From positions 32,001 through 96,000 of the IMG/VR virus record IMGVR_UViG_3300037249_001368: a stretch of DNA of 64,000 nt; one strand, given 5' to 3'. Origin of the DNA: a virus. Taxonomy: Duplodnaviria; Caudoviricetes. The first letter of the stretch is position 1, and each line of letters begins with the position of its first letter. The notes under the pieces were generated by a model. The model had not been told where the DNA came from. It ran no database searches and saw only the letters and a list, made by a program, of their open reading frames with translations. Positions 39,609 to 50,300 of this stretch are shown here, in pieces. Position numbers and translations under genes: made by a program.

Positions 39609-42600
39609 TTGAAAATGGATATTCGTTTAAGACAAATAGTCTCAAAAGCTGCAGGTATCTATTTCATAGTCACCGACAATTCGCAGGTCAACGCGATTGA
39701 GGAAGAGAGCCGCCTCCGTGTGGTCTTCATCAACGCTCCTAAGGGACCGGTGAACTGCTTGGTGAAATTTGCGAAGGGCGATACCTCGTCGTTTACTACC
39801 ATTTTCGGCAAAGCCAATCGTAGTAAAGAAAAGAAGGGTGACTTCGGTCACAAAGTTTGCTTAGATGCTCTGTCCTCAGGCCCGCTCGGCGTTATCAATT
39901 TGAGAGTTTTTGATGATGAACAGGATACGACTCAGGTCGCTACCATCAATCCTAACACCTGCTTCGACAGTGGCGTGAGGGTTGACAAAGTCCCGTATTC
40001 ATCGCTCTTCAACAAAAACGGCTATTGGACTCCTGACAGAGACATCTTAACAGAGAAGTATTACGAAAACGATGGTTACCTGAACTTCGGTAATGTCGGC
40101 AACAGTGACGTCTCTGTATTCGTCGTCAAAGCCAAGGAAAGCGAGGTTTCTCAGCTCACCGAAGAGTACAACAAGACTCTTGAAGAGTGCGCCCTCGAAA
40201 TCGACGACTATCCGAATCTTGACTTCAACACACGCCTGTCTGACACTTTCGTCAAGGTGTATGTGTTCAACAACACTTTTGAAGGAGCACATCTGAACGC
40301 CACCTACGGTCAGTACTTCGAGTCCGATGACAGCATCACACAAGAAAACCTCGAGGCTCTGACGAAAGTCGCCGGCGTTGGTTTCATTGACTCTTACGTT
40401 GGTTCGGTGATTCCTGGTTTGGTTTCTGAAACCAGCGAAAACTTGAGCATCGACGATATCATGTATGCTAACTACATTTACACTGGTATCATCTGCGACA
40501 TCAACAACGAGTTGCTCGAAGCCACCAACACCAAGGACTTCTCGATGATTGACCTTTACGGTTTCAATTCCATGTTCGAGGAAGGTGAGTTCAAAACCAT
40601 CAGCAATTTGATGTCTTACAAAGACAACAAGTTGACCTTCGACAAAGACAGTGTGGTTCCGAAACAACCCACCAACTTGGATGAGAACAAAGCCATCACT
40701 TGCAAAAATGCTCTGAAGTACGGTGTGTTTGAGGACACCAGTCTCACAAACAACACCTTCAAGACCAACACGGGCACGGGTATCCGCTTCGATGACCTCA
40801 TCATCGGTGAGGACAGACTCCTTCACATCACCGACATCGAACTCGACGAGCCCATCAGTGAGGCAAAGACTTACGACATTTTCGCCTCGACTGGTGAAGG
40901 CCGTGACGTGACGAAAGCCATTGTGGTTGACACACAGGGTGGTGTCTTCTACAACATCAACGGTTATAAGTGGGAAACCTCAACCGACGGCGTCAACTGG
41001 AAGATTATCGACCTCGACTTCTTCCATACTCCGACTGGTAAGGTTCTGACCTACGAAAACAACTTCGGAAACGCTGTCACCTACGGCACTGCAGTTTACG
41101 CTGTTGCTTACTGCTCTGATGAATCAGTCAATTATCTCGTGAAGTATCAATCAGGTGAAATCACCATGAAGAAACTCGGTACGACTGGTACATCTGACGT
41201 CAACATCGTGGTCAATGGTAACATCTTCGTTGTTTACGGTGGTCTTGGTGTCATGTATTCTACTGATGGTGAGAACTGGTTCGCCGCTGCTGACCAACAC
41301 CTGAACTACATCACCAGTGGCTTCGGTACTCAGTACAGATTCTTCGCCTACTGCAATCCTGGTTCCTTCACCGACGGCTTCGCCGAAGGTTTTGAAGAGG
41401 GTGACTTCTTACTGAAGTATTCCAGCGATGGTCAGAACTGGCAAGAGCTCGGATGCAACTATACGTCTTTGACTGGTTTGGACATCACCAAAAACAAGAA
41501 CCTCATCCTTTGGGACGACGTGAATGTTTATATGTTCACCACCGGTAAAGCTTACTACATCGCAAAGACCGACCTCGGTAATGCCGAAAAGAGCTTCACC
41601 GAAAAGACCGTCGAAGTTGCAAGCACCGCTTTCTATCCGACAATCGTGAAAGAAACCCAAGCCAATACAGTCTTCGCTATCGCCGGCGGTGCTACCAAGC
41701 AAATCACCTTCAGCAAGGGTGAGACTCCCGCTTTCACCGCTGAAGCAATTTCAGGTATGAACAACGCCACGAGATTGTACTTTGCAAAGAACAACAAGTT
41801 GGCTTTCTTCGTTGGCGGAGATTCCGATACCAACATCTACCAAACTTGGGATGCTACTAACGTGGGTGAAGGCAACTTCACTATGCCTTACATCCTTGAG
41901 TATCAAACGGCTACTTATACCGTCGACGGTAAACTCTATGTTGGTGGTGAAACCAATGCCAAGTATATCATCAAGGTTAATCCTTACGTGAATCAACCGA
42001 GCGCAATCCTGAACAACAACGTCATTCAGTCGTACAAACTGAGCGAGCGTCAGTTCATCAACGGTACCTCCTCACGTCAGAGCGAAATCCTTGACATGAT
42101 TATGGACCCGTCCATCCGTAAGGGTTTGAAGAACACCCGTGGCTTGCGTTACCTGATTGACGCCTTCAAGTCGTACGTGGAACCTGATTACAAGAAGCAG
42201 TTCAGTGACCTCGTTCTTGACTTGCATGAGAACAACAGATTCGTGACTTGTATCATGACTGAGCCTTTCATGAAGGACATCAAGAAATCGACCAACCCGC
42301 TGTTCAAGGACACTCCGTCATCCGACGTTGTCAACTACGAGTATTTCGCCACCGGCGGTAACAAACAATACTCAACCAAGCTATTGAGCAAAGTTGACAA
42401 TCAGTTCCTGTTCTTCTTCGGTCCTGGTGACGTTGAGAACGGTGTCGTGAAACCTTTGACTGGTTTGATTTCAAACAACTTCTACACCAAGCAGAATCAG
42501 TTTGACATCATCGCCAATACCACTGGTTACGTCCAAGGCATCAACGAACTTGAGGAGCAAATCGACGACAACGACCGTAAGTACCTCGAAAAGTTCCGTT

Positions 42601-42974
42601 ACAATCCTATCATCGATTTCAACGGCTACACGATTTTCGGCAACCTCTCTGCCCAGAAGGCTATCTCGAAGCAACAGCAAATCCATAACGTGGAGTTGCT
42701 CTGCTACATCAAGGAGCAGCTTTACAATATGGCAAAGGGTGGCGTCTTCAAGAAAGGTACCTACGATGAGTATCTGGCAACTCAAATCGAGACCCAGAAC
42801 TTCATGGATTCTCTGGCACTCGCCAACGCAATCGAGCCTAACCCGATTGTGAAGTGCGACCTTGAGAACAACACTCAAGAAATCAGGAATTACAAGATTA
42901 AACTCGTCCACGTCGAGTACACTCCTTACGACTGCCTCGAAAAGGTTGTGTTTGACCTGAACATCAACAAGTAA
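39609..42974 (+). CDS. Contractile tail sheath protein (gp18-like) with inserted Asp-box domain
   Basis: N-terminal AAGIYF..D.S and KGPVN; C-terminal DRKYLEKFRYNPI, IHNVELLCYI and KCDLENNT. ATG also at 39615; TATAAATA at 39557. Confidence 0.85.
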   Translation: MKMDIRLRQIVSKAAGIYFIVTDNSQVNAIEEESRLRVVFINAPKGPVNCLVKFAKGDTSSFTTIFGKANRSKEKKGDFGHKVCLDALSSGPLGVINLRVFDDEQDTTQVATINPNTCFDSGVRVDKVPYSSLFNKNGYWTPDRDILTEKYYENDGYLNFGNVGNSDVSVFVVKAKESEVSQLTEEYNKTLEECALEIDDYPNLDFNTRLSDTFVKVYVFNNTFEGAHLNATYGQYFESDDSITQENLEALTKVAGVGFIDSYVGSVIPGLVSETSENLSIDDIMYANYIYTGIICDINNELLEATNTKDFSMIDLYGFNSMFEEGEFKTISNLMSYKDNKLTFDKDSVVPKQPTNLDENKAITCKNALKYGVFEDTSLTNNTFKTNTGTGIRFDDLIIGEDRLLHITDIELDEPISEAKTYDIFASTGEGRDVTKAIVVDTQGGVFYNINGYKWETSTDGVNWKIIDLDFFHTPTGKVLTYENNFGNAVTYGTAVYAVAYCSDESVNYLVKYQSGEITMKKLGTTGTSDVNIVVNGNIFVVYGGLGVMYSTDGENWFAAADQHLNYITSGFGTQYRFFAYCNPGSFTDGFAEGFEEGDFLLKYSSDGQNWQELGCNYTSLTGLDITKNKNLILWDDVNVYMFTTGKAYYIAKTDLGNAEKSFTEKTVEVASTAFYPTIVKETQANTVFAIAGGATKQITFSKGETPAFTAEAISGMNNATRLYFAKNNKLAFFVGGDSDTNIYQTWDATNVGEGNFTMPYILEYQTATYTVDGKLYVGGETNAKYIIKVNPYVNQPSAILNNNVIQSYKLSERQFINGTSSRQSEILDMIMDPSIRKGLKNTRGLRYLIDAFKSYVEPDYKKQFSDLVLDLHENNRFVTCIMTEPFMKDIKKSTNPLFKDTPSSDVVNYEYFATGGNKQYSTKLLSKVDNQFLFFFGPGDVENGVVKPLTGLISNNFYTKQNQFDIIANTTGYVQGINELEEQIDDNDRKYLEKFRYNPIIDFNGYTIFGNLSAQKAISKQQQIHNVELLCYIKEQLYNMAKGGVFKKGTYDEYLATQIETQNFMDSLALANAIEPNPIVKCDLENNTQEIRNYKIKLVHVEYTPYDCLEKVVFDLNINK

Positions 42975-43007
42975 TAAACGGCTCTAAGCCTAATAATACA
43001 TCAGAAA

Positions 43008-44189
43008 ATGAAAAACTTTTCGGATATAACGATTGACAATACCTCGAAGAGGGAGCGCATTATCCAAAATGCGCTCACCCTCTCGGGGCTGCCGAGACCC
43101 TGTATCGAGAACCTGTACGAGTCTGCTTTCGCCAATCGCGACACAAACGAGATTGACGAGGAAGAAGCAAATCAGATGTTCAAAGAATACTTCGGAATTT
43201 CGGCTCCATTGGATGTGAACATCTTCTCCAATGATGTGATTGCTCACATGAAGAAAGTCGGTGACCTGACCAACACCCCAGAGAAACGTAAGAAATACAC
43301 GAAAGAACTGATGTCGGTCATTAAGAAGTATTTGAAGAACAACGACACTCCGACGATGCTTCAGATGTTATCGGCTATACTCTGTATGAAAGATGAAAAG
43401 GGCGGTTCAGTGCTCATGCAGTCTCTCAACATAGATAATCTTATGGAATCGGACAAGTTTAATCTTGTTGCTTACAATGATTTAGTCAATGCCACGAACG
43501 CAGCCGCCAAGCGCGAAACAGTTGAGCAGAAGATTACTTCAAAGCAAATCGACGCCATGTTCTATGACGAGTTGAAAAACATCTTGGCAGAACGCTTCCA
43601 AGACTACAGCAGTCAACCCGTTATTTACAGGGACTCGTACGATACCATAATGAAATACGTCGAAAGAAAATCCTCTGACATACAAACTTCACTGAACATC
43701 ATGGAAACGGATGACAGGCGTTATAAGGTCTTCATTGACGACCTGATTAAGGCCCCACAGATGAACGCATTGTATCAGTCAGTCGATTATCTGAAAACCA
43801 TAACCTCTGATATGCAGACGATGCTGTATGATTTGGTGGTTATCACCAATACCTGCATTGACCACAGTAATCAGTACAAAGACTACATCGACCCTGACAA
43901 GTTCTATGCTTACAACAATTCGTTGAAAGCCCTGTTGGAGTCCATCAGTTCTTCCGCAAATTCCAGTTACGTCCTTCAGTACAATGCTAATGGGCATATC
44001 GATGAAGGAAGATACAGAAGCCTAGTCTTAGCATCTGATTGTCTGTTGTTAATCAAACAGATTCAGAACGAGTTTGCAATCGGAATAAGGAAATATATAA
44101 ATGTGTTCTTCACAGCCGCTATGGATGTTATCAACGCATACAGACACATAGAAGGCAAGTTGGGGAACACAGTCATCACCAACAGATGA
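43008..44189 (+). CDS. Hypothetical protein (possible head-internal protein)
   Basis: 393 aa with LYES, LMES and LLES motifs. Confidence 0.65.
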   Translation: MKNFSDITIDNTSKRERIIQNALTLSGLPRPCIENLYESAFANRDTNEIDEEEANQMFKEYFGISAPLDVNIFSNDVIAHMKKVGDLTNTPEKRKKYTKELMSVIKKYLKNNDTPTMLQMLSAILCMKDEKGGSVLMQSLNIDNLMESDKFNLVAYNDLVNATNAAAKRETVEQKITSKQIDAMFYDELKNILAERFQDYSSQPVIYRDSYDTIMKYVERKSSDIQTSLNIMETDDRRYKVFIDDLIKAPQMNALYQSVDYLKTITSDMQTMLYDLVVITNTCIDHSNQYKDYIDPDKFYAYNNSLKALLESISSSANSSYVLQYNANGHIDEGRYRSLVLASDCLLLIKQIQNEFAIGIRKYINVFFTAAMDVINAYRHIEGKLGNTVITNR

Positions 44190-44224
44190 TTTAACTTAGT
44201 TACGAACATTAAAAACTTTGAGAT

Positions 44225-44836
44225 ATGGCTACTGCTGAATCAATATTCCCGCACGTCGTACAGAGCACTGCAGCGGTGAACAGGTATGAACCTGTTGTAC
44301 CGTCCAACTTCAACGCTCAGTTCATTCTCGAGGGTTATTTGAAGGAGAAGTTAGGCGACTACTCGTTCCTGAAGGAATACGTGAAAGCCGTCAACGGTCT
44401 GTTCGTGGAGTACGCCGGCAACACCATCGAAGCCGGTTACAAGACCACGAGATTCAGATACGACTCCAACGATAAGCAGACCTACTACGAAATCGAGGTC
44501 CAGTTCTGGAACTTCTTGGACAACGAAAGTAAACAGTATGTCTACAACGCCCTCGTTGCTTGGTCCCGCATTAAGTATAATCCGCTGACTGGCGAAAAGA
44601 CCATGAAACGCGATTACGCTGATGCCTCGATTGTCGCCGAGAAATTCAACCGTGACGGTACCATCTTCTGGAGACGTATCGCTCATAATGTCTTCCCGTC
44701 CAGTGACATCGGTGACCAAGGCGCTGATTACGCTTCGCACGACCCCGTTGAGTTGACCATCACTTTCAACGCCGACTATGTTTCAGACGTCACCAACGAC
44801 CCACGTCTTGTTGACAGTCAGACTGGAACATTCTAA
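44225..44836 (+). CDS. Tail tube protein (gp19-like)
   Basis: YEPV...F, W....YNPLTG....KRDYA, FNRDG.I.R, VFP...D and LTITFNADY; strong codon bias. Confidence 0.8.
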   Translation: MATAESIFPHVVQSTAAVNRYEPVVPSNFNAQFILEGYLKEKLGDYSFLKEYVKAVNGLFVEYAGNTIEAGYKTTRFRYDSNDKQTYYEIEVQFWNFLDNESKQYVYNALVAWSRIKYNPLTGEKTMKRDYADASIVAEKFNRDGTIFWRRIAHNVFPSSDIGDQGADYASHDPVELTITFNADYVSDVTNDPRLVDSQTGTF

Positions 44837-44865
44837 CACGAACATTTGAAAAATGTGAGTGTTAG
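44833..44865 (+). repeat. Stop-codon hairpin family copy G
   Basis: CTAACAC-GAA-CATTT-GAA-AAATG-TGA-GTGTTAG; contains the TAA stop. Confidence 0.92.
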
Positions 44866-44932
44866 GTCATAACACAGATAACGCGTACATTTTCAAGGGC
44901 TTTCGCTGGCCTCAACATTTCAATTCTTTGGC

Positions 44933-44966
44933 GAAAACACCCGTCGTGAGATGGGTGTTTTCTTTT
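44933..44966 (+). terminator. Intrinsic terminator
   Basis: GAAAACACCCGTC-GTGA-GATGGGTGTTTTC-TTTT. Confidence 0.85.
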
Positions 44967-45006
44967 GATTAACACCGTTAATAAATAGTCATTAAAACAT
45001 TTCACA

Positions 45007-46893
45007 ATGTCACAACAGATAAATTTAGATGATTTCACGGTTAATTCCATCAGCCAAGTCGCCAAGCAAAATCTTGGTGTCACTGATGTTGAAGAAACCA
45101 ATCAGATAGTGGACGTACCGACTTTGGAGGAAACTATCACCGATGAGGTGATTCAGAAAATCGATAAGAAAAATAAAAAAGCCAAGTCGAAGTCCCAATC
45201 AAAGAAAGATGCTGAAACCCGCAGAAAGAATAAGAAAATAGACGAAGTCATTCAGGAACTTCCGACGGAGCAGTTTGAGGAACAGAACCAACAAATCGCT
45301 GAAGAGTATGAGGTTGGTTATGGAATCGAGGTTCCTGAGAAAGTTGACATGGTGGATACTGAACAGGTTATCGCTGCAGCAGAAGAGTCAATCGACGTCA
45401 ATCCTGAAGAACTCGTCTTGGAACCTGTCAAGAAGAAATCTAAATCAGGTTACTTCAAATCAAAGGTCAACGTCGGTGCCAATCACCTTCCTGCGAGGGT
45501 TCATAAACTTTCTTCTTATCTGAAATCATCCACCAAAGGTGGTATTGTTCCAAGAATTACTGACTTGAGAATCATCGTTCATACCAACGAAACTCAACTC
45601 AGAAATTCTAAGATTAAACTCACCGCTAAATCTATAACCTACAAACCCAAACAATCATTCATCGCCACCAAGAAAGGCACGCGTGTGATTATCTCAATTC
45701 CTGAACAGGATAACGGTGAGTATATCATGTATCTTTCCGACGGTCGTCGCCACGTTGCTTGGCAAATTCCAAAGATGAATGGTATCAGTGATGAATCTTA
45801 TAACCAATGGATTGCTGCCAGAATCGCTGATTTCTTCGTCAAGGGCATCGAGGTCGTTGCTCTGAAAGTTCAGTTAAGAAAAGACCCTGACCCGATGATG
45901 CCGTTGATTGACTCTATTCTTGTCAGCGGTGAGTACAAAGCTGTTCCGAGAATTGCTAAGTACGGTGACCAAATCAAAATCGACGAAGTCAGTTTCTTCA
46001 AACCTGGTTCTCGTAACAGTGGATTGCAAATCGACGTAACTCGCAGAGGCATTGATAAATACTCGGTGACTGCTTACGGTCCTGGTTTGAATGACGACGG
46101 TGACCCAATGAATCTGAATCTTGGTATTGATGGTGTTGATGTAGACAAACTCGCAGCAGGTAGTTCTTTCTCCTTCACCGTATACACCCTCGGCCAACTC
46201 GAAGACCGTCTGAAGAAAGTAATGGATGTTTTCTTTGACACCGACATTTCCAAGATGGCTGGTTTCGACGATGCTTCTTTGAAGGAAAATCCAGAAAGAA
46301 TCCTTCGCAAGTATGCTAACATGGGTAGTAAGTTGGCTTTCAAGCCTTTGAAACTTGCTTACAAAGAAATCCTGAAAACTGTCGAGGATGAATTAGAAAA
46401 TGGTGCTGATGTAGAACTCGTGATTGACGATGTTCTTGACAAGAAGCAGGTGGCTGAGGTTGCACGCAAGGCCGTCAAGACAGGTTCCAACATTAAATCA
46501 AAAATGAACGGTGACTTGATTGGTGAGGCTATCAAAGGCCACACCGATTATCTGACCTTCACCTTGATTTACTGCTTGACATTCATGTCAGAAGCCGACA
46601 AACGCCGTTCGTCAACATTCATCACTTCAGAAAAGTATTATTACAACAAAGATATACAAAATAAATCCAAGGCAAGAGCCGAGCATTACACCGATGTTAA
46701 GGACCATCGTCCAGCCCCCGAACGCGAAAAATCATTGGCGGGTCGTGGCGCTGACCGAAACTACCACACTGGTGAATATCTCTTCCATTTGACTTATACC
46801 TTGAAGGGCAAGCAATGTAAGATTGCCGCCAAGACGTTCAAGGAAATCATGGATAAGACTCAGTTCTTGACTTCAAAACCGCAGTTCGTATGA
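45007..46893 (+). CDS. Hypothetical protein with acidic/basic N-terminus
   Basis: 628 aa ORF behind TAATAAATA. Confidence 0.75.
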   Translation: MSQQINLDDFTVNSISQVAKQNLGVTDVEETNQIVDVPTLEETITDEVIQKIDKKNKKAKSKSQSKKDAETRRKNKKIDEVIQELPTEQFEEQNQQIAEEYEVGYGIEVPEKVDMVDTEQVIAAAEESIDVNPEELVLEPVKKKSKSGYFKSKVNVGANHLPARVHKLSSYLKSSTKGGIVPRITDLRIIVHTNETQLRNSKIKLTAKSITYKPKQSFIATKKGTRVIISIPEQDNGEYIMYLSDGRRHVAWQIPKMNGISDESYNQWIAARIADFFVKGIEVVALKVQLRKDPDPMMPLIDSILVSGEYKAVPRIAKYGDQIKIDEVSFFKPGSRNSGLQIDVTRRGIDKYSVTAYGPGLNDDGDPMNLNLGIDGVDVDKLAAGSSFSFTVYTLGQLEDRLKKVMDVFFDTDISKMAGFDDASLKENPERILRKYANMGSKLAFKPLKLAYKEILKTVEDELENGADVELVIDDVLDKKQVAEVARKAVKTGSNIKSKMNGDLIGEAIKGHTDYLTFTLIYCLTFMSEADKRRSSTFITSEKYYYNKDIQNKSKARAEHYTDVKDHRPAPEREKSLAGRGADRNYHTGEYLFHLTYTLKGKQCKIAAKTFKEIMDKTQFLTSKPQFV

Positions 46894-47261
46894 GTAAGCC
46901 TGTTTATTTCACAGAAGATTATTTCAGGGCTATGGCTTTAGACATTCCTGAAACTGTCTTAAACGAAGCGAATAAATACTTTTTTGGTACTGAACAGCCC
47001 AAAGATGTAAAGAAGCTTTTTGAATCAGAATCACCGAGACCAATCAGTGAAATTGCCGCCGAAATCGACGAGAAATGGCCGAAGGTTTCACCAGCCGCCA
47101 GACCTTACCTGGACGCAATGTATGAGTTGGAAACCATTGACGATAAGTATCTGTATGATGATGCTGAGTCAATTATCCTTTACTTCTTATCAAATGCAGC
47201 AGGTTGGCGTGGTGATGACGCCAAACGTATCAAGAAGGAATTGAAAGAATTGTGTAAATAA
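46890..47261 (+). CDS. Conserved-type phage hypothetical protein
   Basis: RPISEIAAEI...PYLDAM...YFLSNAAGWRGDDAKRIKKELK, a pattern I recall from diverse phages. Confidence 0.7.
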   Translation: MSKPVYFTEDYFRAMALDIPETVLNEANKYFFGTEQPKDVKKLFESESPRPISEIAAEIDEKWPKVSPAARPYLDAMYELETIDDKYLYDDAESIILYFLSNAAGWRGDDAKRIKKELKELCK

Positions 47262-47300
47262 ACTACAGTATAAATCAGCTTTTCAACAACTTTCTTTGAC

Positions 47301-47333
47301 GGAACCGGCTCGCTCCACCTGTGAGCCGGTTTC
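47301..47333 (+). terminator. Probable terminator hairpin
   Basis: GGAACCGGCTCGC...GTGAGCCGGTTTC. Confidence 0.6.
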
Positions 47334-47360
47334 AAATCTTTCCTCATCTAATACATATTC

Positions 47361-50300
47361 ATGCGAAAGAAGCCCGAAACAGTAGACAATACTATAAATC
47401 AAGGGGTCATATCAATCGTGACATTTCTGAAAAAGATGTCCGATGATACTGACTTCTTGAAACTTTCTGTGGAAGAAATTCGGGATTCTGAACGTCAGTA
47501 CCTGTCTATCATTGAGGCGCTGAAAACAAACTTAGAGTTGTATTTCAAGCGCACTGACGTCGGCCTTAAGAAAAAGACCAAAAACGATATAGCAAGTTCG
47601 GATTACACCGAAAAACTGACAAGTATAAAGGAAACCCTCGACTCGCTGGCCAACGGTGAACTCATGACCAAAATCAGTTCAATCGAAGCGACCCTACGTG
47701 AAATCAAAAACGACATGGCTCGTCAGAAAACCGTAGGTGCTCCGACGAAAATCACTGGTGGTAAAGATTTGGTTGAAAAGCTGAGTTCTATCGAAAACAT
47801 CATCAATAACATTTACGTAGAGTTACAGAAGAAAGCCAAGAGTGCTGCTTCGTCAAAAGTCGAAGCGACCAAGGTGGACACCTCAAACATCGAGGCTTTG
47901 TCTAAATCCTTATCACAACTGGCTTCAACGGTTTCACGTAAAACCAATGTGGCTCTACGTAGATTTATAAGGCTGCTGAACACTCTGACTTCAAAAGACA
48001 TGGCAGGACAGGTGAAAGTTTCGGCAGCCGCTTTCACCGATTTATCCAAGCAACTTTCTACCATCGGGACAGGTTTGGAAAAGGCGGATACCCACATGAA
48101 GAAATTCATGAAGGGACTTACCGTCTTTACGCTGTTCATGCTTTCCCCTACATTCAGTAAAGCAGTGACGGTATTCACCAAACTGATGGATGCCATCAAT
48201 AAACCAAAAACTACCAATGTCAACAAACAAGCAACACAGTGGAAGTGGATATTCTTCTCATTGGCGCTTGGCATTGGTACTTTGGTCTTGGCATTGATGA
48301 ATCTCGAAAACATCAACTGGGGCAAGGTTTTATATCTCGTAGGTTTCTTGGCAGCTGTTTCAGCGGCTATGTACTTTGGTACTAGAAATATGAGAAACCT
48401 GACTTCAGTCACTGGTATCAACAAGGTCAAAAACAAACAATCACTGAAACTAAACAACAATAACAGTTTGGCTATGCAAATGCTGTTCTTGTCTGTTGGT
48501 TTAGCTGTGTTGTTATTAGCCATTGATGCCATCCGAGAAATAGATTGGGCTGAAGCAGGTAAACTGATTCTGTTCCTGTTAGCAGTCCAAACTATAATGA
48601 TGGTTTCAGATATCATCATTGGTCGTAAGGGAGCAGGTTTGAAAGGTGGCATGGGTATTTTAGGTTTCGCTATAGGAGTTTCTATACTGCTTCTTGCAAT
48701 CGACGCAGGAAAAGAAGTATTCTTTGGCAGCAAACCATTTTCAGAGGACCCGAAATCATGGATAGGTCCTTGGGCAGTTGTCGGATTCATCTTTATCATG
48801 GCTTTGATACTTGGGAAATCGGGTATCGGCCGTGGTAATGGTGGAGCCGCTGCCCAAATGTTAAAGTTTGCCTTAGGTTTTGCTATACTACTTCTCGCAA
48901 TCGACGCTGGCAAGGAAGTCTTCGTCAAGGCTTTCAAGGCTGGTGAATGGTACGGTGTTTGGGGAGCTATCGGGTTTGTGTTGTTGATGACATTTGCCCT
49001 TGGTAAATCAGGCATCGGACAAGGTAACGGTGGTGTTGCAGGTCAAATGATTAAGTTTGCTGCAGGACTTGTTATCCTCGTCGGAGCATTATGGTTGATG
49101 ACCGAATTGGTTGAAGCCAGTGGTTTTTGGAAGACTGCCGGAGCAGTAGTTCTGTTGGCTGGAACAGTCTTCGGTTTGGCTTTCATAGTTAAGCAAATGT
49201 CCGTCCAACTCAAAGGCGTTAAGAGAAAACAGGTGTTTGAAGACTTACTTCTGTTGGCTGCTGTTGCTGGGTTGGGTACTACGATATTTGCTGCTATTGC
49301 TGCCATTCAAAAATTACTTGGTGCTGATAACGGTAAAATCCTCGGGGTAGTACTCATAATCATGGGAACTGTTTTGGCTCTTGGTTATGGAATTTACTTC
49401 GTCAACAAAATTATCGAGGAAAAGAAACTTACACCTGCCAAAATCAAGAAAGCAGAAAAGTTCATAATCGAGTCTTTAGGTATATTTGCTCTTGGTGTAA
49501 TCGTTTACGCCATGATAGCAGCAACACAAAAATATCTTGGAGCGGACAATGCCAAGGTGTTAGGAGCCACCCAAATAATAATGTTGACCTTGGTTGAGAT
49601 GCTTGTGCTCGTTTGGGGTGTCGTGCAAATCACCAAAAAGATGAAGGACAGCGATATAGCCAAGGGAATGTTGGTTGTAGCCGCTGCAGCAGGTTTGATG
49701 ATTTTGGCTTCGATGATTTACGTCATCATCGCCGAAAGTCAAAAGGGTGGAGTAGATAACAAGAAAATCCTCGGCGCAACCCAAATCATGGTTTTGACCA
49801 TTGTTGAAGTTTTAGCATTGGTTTTAATCATTGGTGCAATTACATCTAATCCATTTGGGGCTGCAGTAGTCGGAGCAGGTATGGCTTTCATGGCTGCATT
49901 GGTTGGTATTGTGTTGATGGCAGCAGCTGCTCTATACATCATTGGTAAGTCAGAAGCAGATGAAGAAAAAGTTCAGTTCTTCATTAATTCAACAACCAAG
50001 ATTCTGTTACTGTTCACCAACTTTACCCTGCCGCAGATGTTAGCAATGTTGGGTATGTCTCTCGTGGCAGTTCCGTTGGTCGCTTCTGCGCTGATTATGG
50101 CTCTGACATTAGCACTTATCAGTGCTGTAAATCTTGATGATGCCAAGATAGAAACCTTCATAGAATCATCACGGAAAATATTCCTGATGTACACTCAATT
50201 CTCATTGGGTGAAATGTTAGCGATGGTTGGTTTGGCAGTGGCTTCATTACCACTTGTTATAAACTCATTGCTGATGGCAGGTTTGATTGCTTTAATCAGT

